From NCBI GenBank assembly GCA_965223505.1, contig CBDCWP010000039.1:304523-368522 (forward strand): 64,000 nucleotides of DNA. Direction: 5' to 3'. The notes under the pieces were generated by a model. That model did no database searches. It had not been told where the DNA came from and was given only the letters and a program-made list of their open reading frames with translations. Each line of letters starts with the position of its first letter. The stretch's first letter is position 1. The translations under genes were made by a program, and so were the position numbers. The stretch is from Planctomycetota bacterium (GTDB taxonomy: Bacteria > Planctomycetota > PLA2 > JAEUHO01). Shown one piece after another: positions 8,020 through 16,117 of the stretch.

Positions 8020-8461
8020 CGCCGTTTCCTTTCTCTTCAAGGCCCGTGCGCAGCGTCTTCAGCACCGTCTTGCCGCGGTGGCCGCGCTTGGCGCTGCGGC
8101 CCTTCTTCGAGGATGCCTGCTTGCGCCCGCCGCGCGCCAGCCCCAGGCTTCGATTGGCCGCACGAAGCAGGGACTGGTGCCGCCGAAGCTCCTTCTCCAG
8201 GTGCTGTTTCTCGGCCTTCAGCGCCAATATCTCGCGCTGCGGCGTCTTCTGGATGCCGCGCTTCTTCGGCTCCATCGCCCGCAGCATGCCCTTCAAAGCA
8301 CGGCCTTCGAGCTGGTAGTAGCGCGAGAGCGACACGCCCATCTGCTCAGCCGCCTCGCTCGTGCCGATCTCGCCTGAGAGCGCTTCCAATATCACTGCCA
8401 CGTGCTTGCGCGACGTCTTGCTCGCCGTGATCGTCGTCACGTTCTTCTTCTTCGTAGGCAT
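7955..8461 (-). CDS. HTH plus coiled-coil basic protein (168 aa)
   Basis: TSEAAEQMGVSLSRYY HTH; TAATG coupling to the transposase 1 stop. Confidence 0.8.
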   Translation of the reverse strand: MPTKKKNVTTITASKTSRKHVAVILEALSGEIGTSEAAEQMGVSLSRYYQLEGRALKGMLRAMEPKKRGIQKTPQREILALKAEKQHLEKELRRHQSLLRAANRSLGLARGGRKQASSKKGRSAKRGHRGKTVLKTLRTGLEEKGNGDGTAKRDADAGGAHVGERDGA

Positions 8462-9822
8462 TACTCCTGCTCCTTCGTGGGCGCCTCGTCAAGGGCCTTG
8501 AGCTCCTCGAGCACGTCGTCGAGCACGCTCTCGCCCGGCCCCTCCTTGGCCGCATCCTTGCGCTTGCCCGATGCCCGCAAGTCGACCTCTTCGCGAACGC
8601 CGTCCTTGTCCGTCAACAGCACCTTGTCGCCCTCGGCGTGAAGCGACACCGGCTCGTCGCCGATTCGACCCGCCAGGTACAAGGGCTTGCGCGGCTCACC
8701 GTGAAGCGCCAACTCCTTGGCGTTCGTTGCAACCGCCTCCTGCAGGGCGCTGCGCACGCTCTGCGAGGCTTCGAAGAATCGGTCCGCTGGAACCAGGCCG
8801 CCAATGCCCTGGTGGGTGCGCTGGAAGTTGTAGAAGCCGATGAAGTGGGCAATGCGCGTCTTGGCGTCCTCCATGCCGCGGAAGATCGCTCCGTCGATCA
8901 GCTCGCGAAACAGCGTGCCCCAGAAACGCTCGATCTTGCCAAGCGTCTGCGGCCGCCTCGGCCTGGCCACGATCTGCTTGATGCCGCGCTTCTCGCAAAG
9001 CTTGCGAAACGAGCTCTTCCCGCGCCAGGTCTGATACTGCGCGCCGTTGTCGGTCAAAATCTCCTCGGGCGCGCCGAAGTTCGCGATCGCCTGCTCGAAC
9101 GTCTCCCGAACCATCGCACCCGACGCCGATGCGTGAAGCCCGAAGCCCACGATGAAACGCGAGAAGTCGTCCAGGTAGCAAACCAGGTGCACGCGCCGAC
9201 GCTCGCGCTTCAGGAGAAACGTGAATAGATCCGTTTGCCAAAGCTCGTTCGGTCGCTTGCGCTCGAATCGCTTCACCTTGGGCGGGTTGCGCGCCGGCGC
9301 AACCGCCTCCACCTCGTAGCCCGCTTCCTTCAGCACGCGCTGAACCGCGCCGCCTGAAACCGAGATACCCTCCGTTCGGATCAGCATGTCGTGGATCCGA
9401 TCCTGGCCCCAGTCCGGATGCGCGTCCTTCATCATCAGGATCGCACGGCGCGCCGGCTCGGGCAGCCCGCTGCCCTTCATGCCGCGCTTGTGCCCGAGCA
9501 AACCGGCGGGGCCCTCCTCCTCGAACTTGCGACGCCACGCGTACAGCGACGCCGTGCTCACGCCGATCAGCGGCGCGAACTCCGTGGCCGCAAGCTCGCT
9601 GCGAAACCAACAGTCAAGCGCCAACAGGCGCTGCTCGCCCGTGAACTCCGCGCTACGCGATGCGTCGCTTCGCACCGTTCGAGCACGACGGCTGCGTGTG
9701 CCGCGGGGCACGTAGCCGCTCACGGCCCGCTTCCTCCGCTCGGCTCCGGCGACTTCGTCGCCTCCGCCTCCCTTCGGAAGCGGGCCGTCCAACCTCTCGG
9801 GCGCCTTCGTATCGTCGTTCAT
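8461..9822 (-). CDS. IS481-family DDE transposase 1 (453 aa)
   Basis: HTH, WQTD, LDDFSRF, LTDNG, GKIERFW, FYNFQRTH. Confidence 0.93.
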   Translation of the reverse strand: MNDDTKAPERLDGPLPKGGGGDEVAGAERRKRAVSGYVPRGTRSRRARTVRSDASRSAEFTGEQRLLALDCWFRSELAATEFAPLIGVSTASLYAWRRKFEEEGPAGLLGHKRGMKGSGLPEPARRAILMMKDAHPDWGQDRIHDMLIRTEGISVSGGAVQRVLKEAGYEVEAVAPARNPPKVKRFERKRPNELWQTDLFTFLLKRERRRVHLVCYLDDFSRFIVGFGLHASASGAMVRETFEQAIANFGAPEEILTDNGAQYQTWRGKSSFRKLCEKRGIKQIVARPRRPQTLGKIERFWGTLFRELIDGAIFRGMEDAKTRIAHFIGFYNFQRTHQGIGGLVPADRFFEASQSVRSALQEAVATNAKELALHGEPRKPLYLAGRIGDEPVSLHAEGDKVLLTDKDGVREEVDLRASGKRKDAAKEGPGESVLDDVLEELKALDEAPTKEQE

Positions 9823-9876
9823 CTCTCTTCCTTTCCCTGGCACATAGGCCAGCCAAAGGAGAGAGCCTTATCAACA

Positions 9877-10191
9877 CCGGTTTCCTGCCCTTCGCAGGTC
9901 ACCTATTCGTCGAGGGAGACAGCTGCGAATGTTGCCGTCGGTAGCACGGACGTATCCCAAACGGCCTTTGTTCAAGAAGGCGACTGGGATGCGCTTGATC
10001 AGCTCCTGGCCGCCCACGACATCCCGCGGGACGACGTAGCTGACCTCAAGAAGGCGGTTGAAGCGGAGCCCGATTCGAATGCCCTTGGTCCGCGGGTGGG
10101 TGGATGGCTCGCAAAGATGGCGAACAAGGCCTCCGAAACAGCTGTCGCGGCGGTCACGAAGGGCGTGCTCGGGTACTACGGCATCGGCTAG
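9877..10191 (+). pseudogene. C-terminal remnant resembling AbiTii-domain proteins
   Basis: NVAVGS..GD..L..GPRVGGWLAKMANKA..GYYG tail recognised from memory; no start codon, cut by the transposon end. Confidence 0.55.
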
Positions 10192-10287
10192 GTCGGGAGT
10201 GGGTAGAACGCGCAAATCAGCGGCCCGCCTTTGGGTGTGGTAGGGTCGAAGCCCTAGCGCCGTGGCGACTTGGAGTGAGCCCCGGGC

Positions 10288-10440
10288 ATGGCCGAGGACA
10301 AAGACAAGAAGAAACGCCCCCCTGGACGCCCTGAGGAGCCTCTGAAGGCCCCGGCGGACGATTGGGAGGACAACCTCGACCGCATCCTCAAGGCGGGAGC
10401 GCCTAGAGAGCGGAAGCCCAAGAAGGGCCAGGGGAAGTAG
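10288..10440 (+). CDS. 50-aa charged hypothetical protein (not in the ORF track)
   Basis: MAEDKDKKKRPPGRPEEPLKAPADDWEDNLDRILKAG...; GGAGTGA upstream. Confidence 0.6.
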   Translation: MAEDKDKKKRPPGRPEEPLKAPADDWEDNLDRILKAGAPRERKPKKGQGK

Positions 10441-10456
10441 CCCCGGAGGCTCATAC

Positions 10457-10684
10457 GTGCCCCAAAGGCGGGATGTTCCATACAGGCCCCCGGTGAATCC
10501 CGGCGGCAAGTTCTGCAAGGCTGGGGTCTGTATCGCAGTCGTGGGGCTCGTCGCGATGGTGCTGGTGCGGATCTATGGCCCCAGGGACATCCGGGACCTA
10601 GCCTGGACGTTTGCAGCAGCGGCGACGGTCTTTCTTCTCGGGGGCTTCATGTACGCCTTTGGAATTTTGATCCGGGGGCGATAG
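10457..10684 (+). CDS. Small two-TM membrane protein
   Basis: GGAGG RBS, two hydrophobic segments. Confidence 0.6.
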   Translation: MPQRRDVPYRPPVNPGGKFCKAGVCIAVVGLVAMVLVRIYGPRDIRDLAWTFAAAATVFLLGGFMYAFGILIRGR

Positions 10685-10746
10685 CAGCAAGATTTGCGCG
10701 TTCTACCTACCCCCGGGCTAGGTAGCGCGGCCTCGGAACTTCGATT

Positions 10747-10769
10747 TGCCCTCACCGAATGTGAGGGCA
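10747..10769. promoter_or_regulatory. Putative integrase arm sites near attR (inverted pair)
   Basis: TGCCCTCAC 10747-10755 and TGTGAGGGCA 10760-10769. Confidence 0.7.
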
Positions 10770-10877
10770 CGCGCCGCAGAGCCCCATTCGTTCAAATGCG
10801 TTTCGGCGCGAAGATCGCCATCAGATGGGCGACCGAGCCCTATTCCTTGCGGGATGTAGCCCGAACCGCAAGTGCGT

Positions 10878-10922
10878 CTGAAAATCAGGGGGTCGGCGAT
10901 TCGAGTTCGCCTCTGGCCACCA
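10878..10922 (+). repeat. attR, duplicated 3' half of tRNA-Phe
   Basis: 45/45 identity to 1086-1130. Confidence 0.95.
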
Positions 10923-11062
10923 CTCTTTTCTTCGTCCTCGAGCGAGATCCAAAGGGCGAGGAACCCCGAGCTCTTCATTCCCGGCCCGTGCCTCGTTCGG
11001 TCTTCCGTCTCCCGGGCTCCCCGCGTTCGTCTCGTCCCGTGCGCTCCCGCGGCGCGCGACCT

Positions 11063-13357
11063 CTACTTCCCCAGCGGGACCCAGCCTTCGACCAGCGGAC
11101 TCCGCCGCCAGGTCCCGGCGTCGATCCACTCACGGGTGCGTCGCCTACCGGCGCCGCCGAACCCGTCATCGAACGGGAGCGTCGGGTAGACGCCCTGCAA
11201 CATCAGCATCCACTCATGGCCCAAGCAGCAGTTACTGTCCAAGCGATCCAGCCAGCGATCGATGAACGTTCGCTCGAACTCCGCGAGCACGTCGTCCTCG
11301 AGGTCCATCAGCAACCACGTTCGATCCTCGTCGAGAAAGGCCGTGAGCTCCGATCGCGCATCGGCGTCACCGGCGAGTGCCAGACCGATCGTTGCCTCCC
11401 AGTACAGCGCATTGTGTCGAGCAGCCCGTAGCTCGCGCAGTCGTGTTCGTACGCGGACGTCGTCAACCAGCCCGAGGAGATACACGAACTCGGAGTCGTT
11501 TCGAGAGGCCTGTATGAGTGCGTCGATCGGTCTCCCATCGAGCAAGAGCTCCCTCGCGCGCGCGAGCCGCTCCGGGGGCTCGATTTCGTGGACGTATCCG
11601 CCCCAAAACACGGGCCGCGTCGCCGCGGGCAAGCCCGACTGGATCGCCAACGCCGCCAGTGCTTGCGCCGCCTGGGCGTCGTGCTCACTCGAGGCCCGGG
11701 CCTCAAGGAAGGCGCGCACGCGCTCGTCCTTGACGAACCCCAGCATCCAACCGTCGTCGGCCCATTCGCACCAGCGCGGCCAGTCCGCAATCATCGCGTC
11801 GACGTGCTGCGTGTCGCCGAGACGCGCCAGAAGCCGGAGGACGCCACTACGGGCTCCCGGTTGTGTGGTCAACCACGTGCGCAGCAGGTCCCGGAAGGCT
11901 CTCGGGCGCCGTAGCTCGAGCGTGGCGAAGAAGGGGATCAGGCCCTCGAGATCGACGTCCTTGTCCCAATCCAAGGCGCCGATCGATCGCAGTCGCTCGA
12001 TCAAGCGTTCGACACGGGCGTCGGAGATGCGTCCCTGTCGGACGTGCGCGTGCCACCAGAAGAGCGTCAGCGTGCGCGCACCGCGTGTCCAGAGCTCGTC
12101 CTCGATCCAATCGAGATCGTCTTCGAGGATCCGGATGTCCCACTGGCGTTCCAGGATCAGCCGTGCCTGGGGAGAGAGTTCCTGATCCGAACGCGCGGGG
12201 ACCGCCCCCAGGATCCGCGTTACGGATTCGTTGCGCGCCAACGCTCGATCGACGATCCACGTGAGCGGCTCGACGTCTACGCCGGCATCGTGCATGGCGC
12301 GAAACCGCGTTGGGTTGCCGAGCATGGCGAGCGCCGTCGCCGCGTAGGTCGCGATCTCGTTCTTGCCCGCGGCCCACGACGCGACCTGCTCGCGGCCGTT
12401 CGGTCCCGGAAGCCGCGCCATCTGCCGTAGCGCCCAGAGAACCAGGGCCGGCGCGACGACGAAGCCGTACTCGCCAGTGTTGGCCTCGACGAGCGCGTTC
12501 AGATAGGACAGGTCCTTCTCAGCCGCCACGAGCGTCAACGCCCAGCGAATCAGCCACCGATGGGGGAGTTGGAAGTAGAGCGGCGGCAGTTCATGAGCCG
12601 GTGGATAGCCCCGGATCTCGTCCTCCAGAAACGACGGCGCGATCCTCACGAATGCGTCGGGCAGTCCGCCGCCTTCGGGCGTTCGCAGTTCCACGCGCAG
12701 CGCCTCGAGCTTGGGGCGCGGTTTGCCCTCGCGTTCGGCGCGCAGCCGCTCCAAGGCGTAGAGCATGCCCTTGACGGCCACGTCGCGATGGCGATCCTCT
12801 CGGTCGTAGAGCGCGCACTGGCCGAAGTTCCATGCCAGTCGGGAGAAGATGAGCGGGTTGCCCTCCTCCAGCAACGGCAGCAGGGCATTCATGTGTCGCG
12901 TGCGAAGGAGCTTGTGGACCCGATTCACGTTTCCGGGCTGGGGTTCCTCGAAGTCGGACGTGGAGACCAGTCCTCTCCAGAAGGGGAGCATGTCGATGCT
13001 CCCAGCCGGCTCATTCGGTCCGTTTCCCCACCAGGCGCGGAAGTTGTCGTTCACGAGCGACAACGGGCGCTTCGCGAGCAGCGTGCACATCCGGCGGATC
13101 TCGCCCAGGTCCAGACAGCGGGGGTCCACGGCTCGGGCTGCGATCGTCGCGAGCTCCGTGTCGTCCGATCCGAGAGCGGCTCGTAGATGGAGGACGCGGC
13201 TCTCCTGGGAGAGTGCGTTCCACCACTCCTTCGCTTCCGAGTGTGCCGCGTGCTTCGGGGCCGCGAGGGCTCTCAGCCGGCTCTCGACGGACTCTTCCGC
13301 CCGAGCGTGGCCGGCGCTGAGAAGGGTGATCAGGACGATGACGACGCCGTGCCGCAC
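11063..13357 (-). CDS. Secreted alpha-helical (HEAT-like) hypothetical protein
   Basis: Signal peptide ending ARA; Leu/Ala/Arg-rich helical repeats. Confidence 0.75.
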   Translation of the reverse strand: MRHGVVIVLITLLSAGHARAEESVESRLRALAAPKHAAHSEAKEWWNALSQESRVLHLRAALGSDDTELATIAARAVDPRCLDLGEIRRMCTLLAKRPLSLVNDNFRAWWGNGPNEPAGSIDMLPFWRGLVSTSDFEEPQPGNVNRVHKLLRTRHMNALLPLLEEGNPLIFSRLAWNFGQCALYDREDRHRDVAVKGMLYALERLRAEREGKPRPKLEALRVELRTPEGGGLPDAFVRIAPSFLEDEIRGYPPAHELPPLYFQLPHRWLIRWALTLVAAEKDLSYLNALVEANTGEYGFVVAPALVLWALRQMARLPGPNGREQVASWAAGKNEIATYAATALAMLGNPTRFRAMHDAGVDVEPLTWIVDRALARNESVTRILGAVPARSDQELSPQARLILERQWDIRILEDDLDWIEDELWTRGARTLTLFWWHAHVRQGRISDARVERLIERLRSIGALDWDKDVDLEGLIPFFATLELRRPRAFRDLLRTWLTTQPGARSGVLRLLARLGDTQHVDAMIADWPRWCEWADDGWMLGFVKDERVRAFLEARASSEHDAQAAQALAALAIQSGLPAATRPVFWGGYVHEIEPPERLARARELLLDGRPIDALIQASRNDSEFVYLLGLVDDVRVRTRLRELRAARHNALYWEATIGLALAGDADARSELTAFLDEDRTWLLMDLEDDVLAEFERTFIDRWLDRLDSNCCLGHEWMLMLQGVYPTLPFDDGFGGAGRRRTREWIDAGTWRRSPLVEGWVPLGK

Positions 13358-13432
13358 GATGCCTCCGGGCGCTGTTCCCTTCTAGCTAACGTCCATCCCC
13401 GGTCTCTTTCGCGTCTTTCGACTCCCCGCGCT

Positions 13433-13861
13433 TCACCGCGCCTGCTTCTTCAGCACGAGGCCCAGCACGTCGAGGCGAAGCGCCCCGTCTTCGACGCGCC
13501 ACCTCTGCGCGCGCGGTTCCGCAACGGGCTTGTCGTCTTCGTGCCTGACGGTCGTCACGACGACATTGTCCGCTCGCCTCCACGTTCCGCGCAGGCGCTG
13601 CGTCGTGTTCCCGCCGTCGGCGCTCCAGTCCAGCGTGAAGCGGCCTTCGTCCTCGACGTCGCCCTCGAAGAGATCCAGCCGCGCATGAAATGTCGCATCG
13701 CTTGAAACCCGCTCCATCGATTCGGGGTCGAGCACATAGGACCCATGGACCGGGATCGAAGGTCCTGCCTCGTCAACATCGCGTCCGCAAGCGGCCAAAA
13801 GGGTTGTGAAGATGAGCACAGTGACAGACGCCACGGAGAGCCGGTATCGCATCCGGGGCAT
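13433..13861 (-). CDS. Hypothetical lipoprotein (lipocalin-like beta barrel)
   Basis: LAAC lipobox, GSYVL and GTWRR patterns; start could be 13852. Confidence 0.65.
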   Translation of the reverse strand: MPRMRYRLSVASVTVLIFTTLLAACGRDVDEAGPSIPVHGSYVLDPESMERVSSDATFHARLDLFEGDVEDEGRFTLDWSADGGNTTQRLRGTWRRADNVVVTTVRHEDDKPVAEPRAQRWRVEDGALRLDVLGLVLKKQAR

Positions 13862-13915
13862 TGTAGGGTCCCGTGGTGTGTTCTTCGGACCTGCCATCGA
13901 GAGACGGGAGAACGG

Positions 13916-14482
13916 ATGAGCCACGCGCTCGTGGTCGGCGGAACCGGGATGCTGCGCGACGCGACGCTGCAGCTCGCCGAACGCTTCGCGACGGTCACCG
14001 TCATCGCGCGCCGCCGCAACGGGCTTCGCAAGCTGGCGGCGGACGCGGCGCACCTGCCCGCGAGCGTCCACGCGCTCGCGCTGGACTACCGCGACAGCGG
14101 CGCCTTGCGCGACGCCCTGATGGATGCCCAAGCGCGCTTCGGCCCGCTCGCGCTGGCCGTGTGTTGGATCCATTCGACCGCGCCGGATGGACCGCAGGTC
14201 GTTGCTTCCTGCGCAGGGCTTGCGCAGGCGGACGGCGGTCGGTGCGACTTCCTGCACGTGGTCGGCAGCGCGTCGGCCGATCCCTCGCGGGACGCCGACG
14301 ACCAGCGGATCGAGATGGCCGGCGTACGGTACCGGCAGGTCATCCTCGGCTTCGTTCTCGAGGGCGGCGGCTCGCGTTGGCTCACGAACGGCGAAATCAG
14401 CAAGGGTGTGATCGCCGCCGTCGACTCGGGTGACGCGCGTTCGATCGTCGGCGTGGTTCGGCCCTGGGAACGAAAGCCGTAG
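13916..14482 (+). CDS. Short-chain dehydrogenase-like Rossmann protein
   Basis: HALVVGGTGML, YRQVILGF, RWLTNGEIS. Confidence 0.85.
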   Translation: MSHALVVGGTGMLRDATLQLAERFATVTVIARRRNGLRKLAADAAHLPASVHALALDYRDSGALRDALMDAQARFGPLALAVCWIHSTAPDGPQVVASCAGLAQADGGRCDFLHVVGSASADPSRDADDQRIEMAGVRYRQVILGFVLEGGGSRWLTNGEISKGVIAAVDSGDARSIVGVVRPWERKP

Positions 14483-14764
14483 CTACAGGACGTCGAGCTC
14501 GTGCTCGATGACGCGCGCGGCCGGATGGGTGCGAAGCGACTCGAGGACCTTCTCGACCATCTCCTTCGCGTGGCGCGCGGAGCCGCTGACCGACGCGAAG
14601 CCCAGAACCGCTTTGCGATGCAGCTCCTGGTCCTCGACCTCCGCCGCGGCGACGCCGAACCGGTTGCGGGTGCGGTCGAGGATGCTCTTCACGACCTGGC
14701 GCTTCTCCTTCAGCGAGTTCGCGTCCGGAACGTGGATCGAGACGTGGAGGAGGCCGACGTGCAT
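14483..14764 (-). CDS. DUF503 (YlxP-like) protein
   Basis: SLKEKRQVVKS and AEVEDQELH signature. Confidence 0.9.
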   Translation of the reverse strand: MHVGLLHVSIHVPDANSLKEKRQVVKSILDRTRNRFGVAAAEVEDQELHRKAVLGFASVSGSARHAKEMVEKVLESLRTHPAARVIEHELDVL

Positions 14765-14799
14765 GAGGTACGGGACTATACGTGCCGGAAGGTGTGGTG

Positions 14800-14870
14800 G
14801 GGGCGGGCGGGGTTGGGGGCGGGATCGGGTTCGGGATCGGGTTTGGGATCGGGTTCGGGGTCGGGGGGGA
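14800..14870. repeat. G-rich hexamer tract (GGGATC/GGGTTC)n
   Basis: Direct inspection; approximate bounds. Confidence 0.75.
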
Positions 14871-14891
14871 CGGCCGATTCGCGATGACGTC

Positions 14892-14917
14892 GTAGGGGGC
14901 GGGGTTCGACCCCGCCC
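14892..14917 (+). repeat. GTAG-type REP palindrome
   Basis: GTAG-GGGGCGGGGTTCGACCCCGCCC. Confidence 0.8.
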
Positions 14918-15018
14918 GCCGCGCCGGATCGCTCGACGGTTCCACGCGGACCGCCCGCGAACGCCAACCCGTTGCGTCCCCTGCGCCGACGGAGTGGCCG
15001 AGTAGATTCATCCGTCCG

Positions 15019-15912
15019 ATGGCATACGATCTCGACGACAAGCTGGTCGTGGGCATCTCCACCCGCGCTCTCTTCGACCTCGACGAAGCGCACCGCGTCT
15101 TCGAAGAGCAAGGCCTCGATGCCTACACCGACTTCCAGGTGCAGCGCACCGACACCGAGATCCCCACCGGCGCCGGCTTCCCCCTCGTGCGCGGGCTCCT
15201 GCGCATCAACGAGCTCGCGGGCGAACCGCTCGTCGAGGTCGTCGTCATCTCCCGCAACAGCGCCGAGACCGGACTGCGCACCCGACACTCGATCAAGTCA
15301 CTCGGCCTGCCCATCACCCGCGCCGCGTTCACCCGCGGCCGTCCCGTCTATCGCTATCTGGACGCCTTCTCTTGCGACCTCTTTCTCTCCGCCCACGACG
15401 AAGACGTGCTCGGCGCGCTTCAAGCCGGCTTCGCCGCCGGCAAGGTCCTCAGCGTTCCGCCCGCCGTCGCGGAGCTCTCGAACGAGGTTCGCATCGCGTT
15501 CGACGGCGACGCCGTGCTGTTCTCCGGCGCGAGCGAGGACCTGTACCAGAAGCAGGGTCTCGAGGCGTTCCAAGCCCACGAAGCCTCCCAGGCCGACGTA
15601 CCGATGGAGGCCGGACCCTTCATGGGGTTCCTCAGGGCGTTGTGCGCGATTCAGCAGCGCTTCGATCCGGAGCAGTGTCCGATCCGGACGGCGTTGATCA
15701 CTGCGCGCGACACCATCAGCCACGAGCGCGTCGTCAACACGCTCCGAGCGATGAACGTGCGCATCGACGAGTACTTTTTCCTGGGGGGGGTGAGGAAGCA
15801 GAAGGTCGTGAAGGCCTTCGCGCCGCACATCTTCTTCGACGACCAGATCGTGCATGCCGGTCCGGCGTCGGAGGTGTCGCCGACGGCCCAGGTGCCGCGC
15901 ACGGACACGTAG
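15019..15912 (+). CDS. 5'-nucleotidase (PF06189-like)
   Basis: LVVGISTRALFDL, RIAFDGDAVLF, PHIFFDDQ. Confidence 0.92.
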   Translation: MAYDLDDKLVVGISTRALFDLDEAHRVFEEQGLDAYTDFQVQRTDTEIPTGAGFPLVRGLLRINELAGEPLVEVVVISRNSAETGLRTRHSIKSLGLPITRAAFTRGRPVYRYLDAFSCDLFLSAHDEDVLGALQAGFAAGKVLSVPPAVAELSNEVRIAFDGDAVLFSGASEDLYQKQGLEAFQAHEASQADVPMEAGPFMGFLRALCAIQQRFDPEQCPIRTALITARDTISHERVVNTLRAMNVRIDEYFFLGGVRKQKVVKAFAPHIFFDDQIVHAGPASEVSPTAQVPRTDT

Positions 15913-16043
15913 GGGCGGGGCTTGACCCCGCCCGCTGCGTACGCATCACAGCCGGTGTGGGATCACGCGGCGTGTTCGCCGGCGGTTGCGTCCGTTGCGT
16001 TCGCACGACCGGGCTCGCGGGCGGGGTCAAAGCCCGCCCCTAC
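15909..16043. repeat. Inverted REP doublet (REPIN-like)
   Basis: GTAGGGGCGGGGCTTGACCCCGCCCGC at 15909-15935 and an inverted copy at 16017-16043. Confidence 0.8.
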
Positions 16044-16117
16044 AAACGCGCCGTGATCCGCCGATCCCGATCCCGACCCCGAGGCCCGGCCCCGAACCCG
16101 CGCCCGACGCCGCGCAC

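Larger units (their letters stand above)
6557..9876 (-). mobile_element. Four-gene IS481-related element with two DDE transposases
   Basis: Inverted repeats TGTTGATAAGCGCCCTCTCC (6557-6576) and TGTTGATAAGGCTCTCTCC (reverse complement of 9858-9876); TGT...ACA ends; left end may instead lie at 6513. Confidence 0.75.
10194..10715. mobile_element. 522-bp non-autonomous insertion cassette (IS1595-like MIC/MITE) with two passenger ORFs
   Basis: 25-bp terminal IRs (23/25) at 10194-10218 and 10691-10715; 8-bp TSD GGCTAGGT at 10186-10193 and 10716-10723. Confidence 0.88.
1131..10922. mobile_element. tRNA-Phe-integrated genomic island (~9.8 kb)
   Basis: Integrase next to the tRNA, 45-bp att duplication, visibly more AT-rich sequence, accessory gene content. 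Confidence 0.93.

Noticed and set aside
10878..10922. Second tRNA-Phe gene
   Set aside because: Only the 3' 45 nt are present; the 5' acceptor strand and D-arm are missing, so it is attR.
1131..10922. Complete prophage or ICE
   Set aside because: No terminase, portal, major capsid, tail, relaxase or T4SS genes are recognisable.
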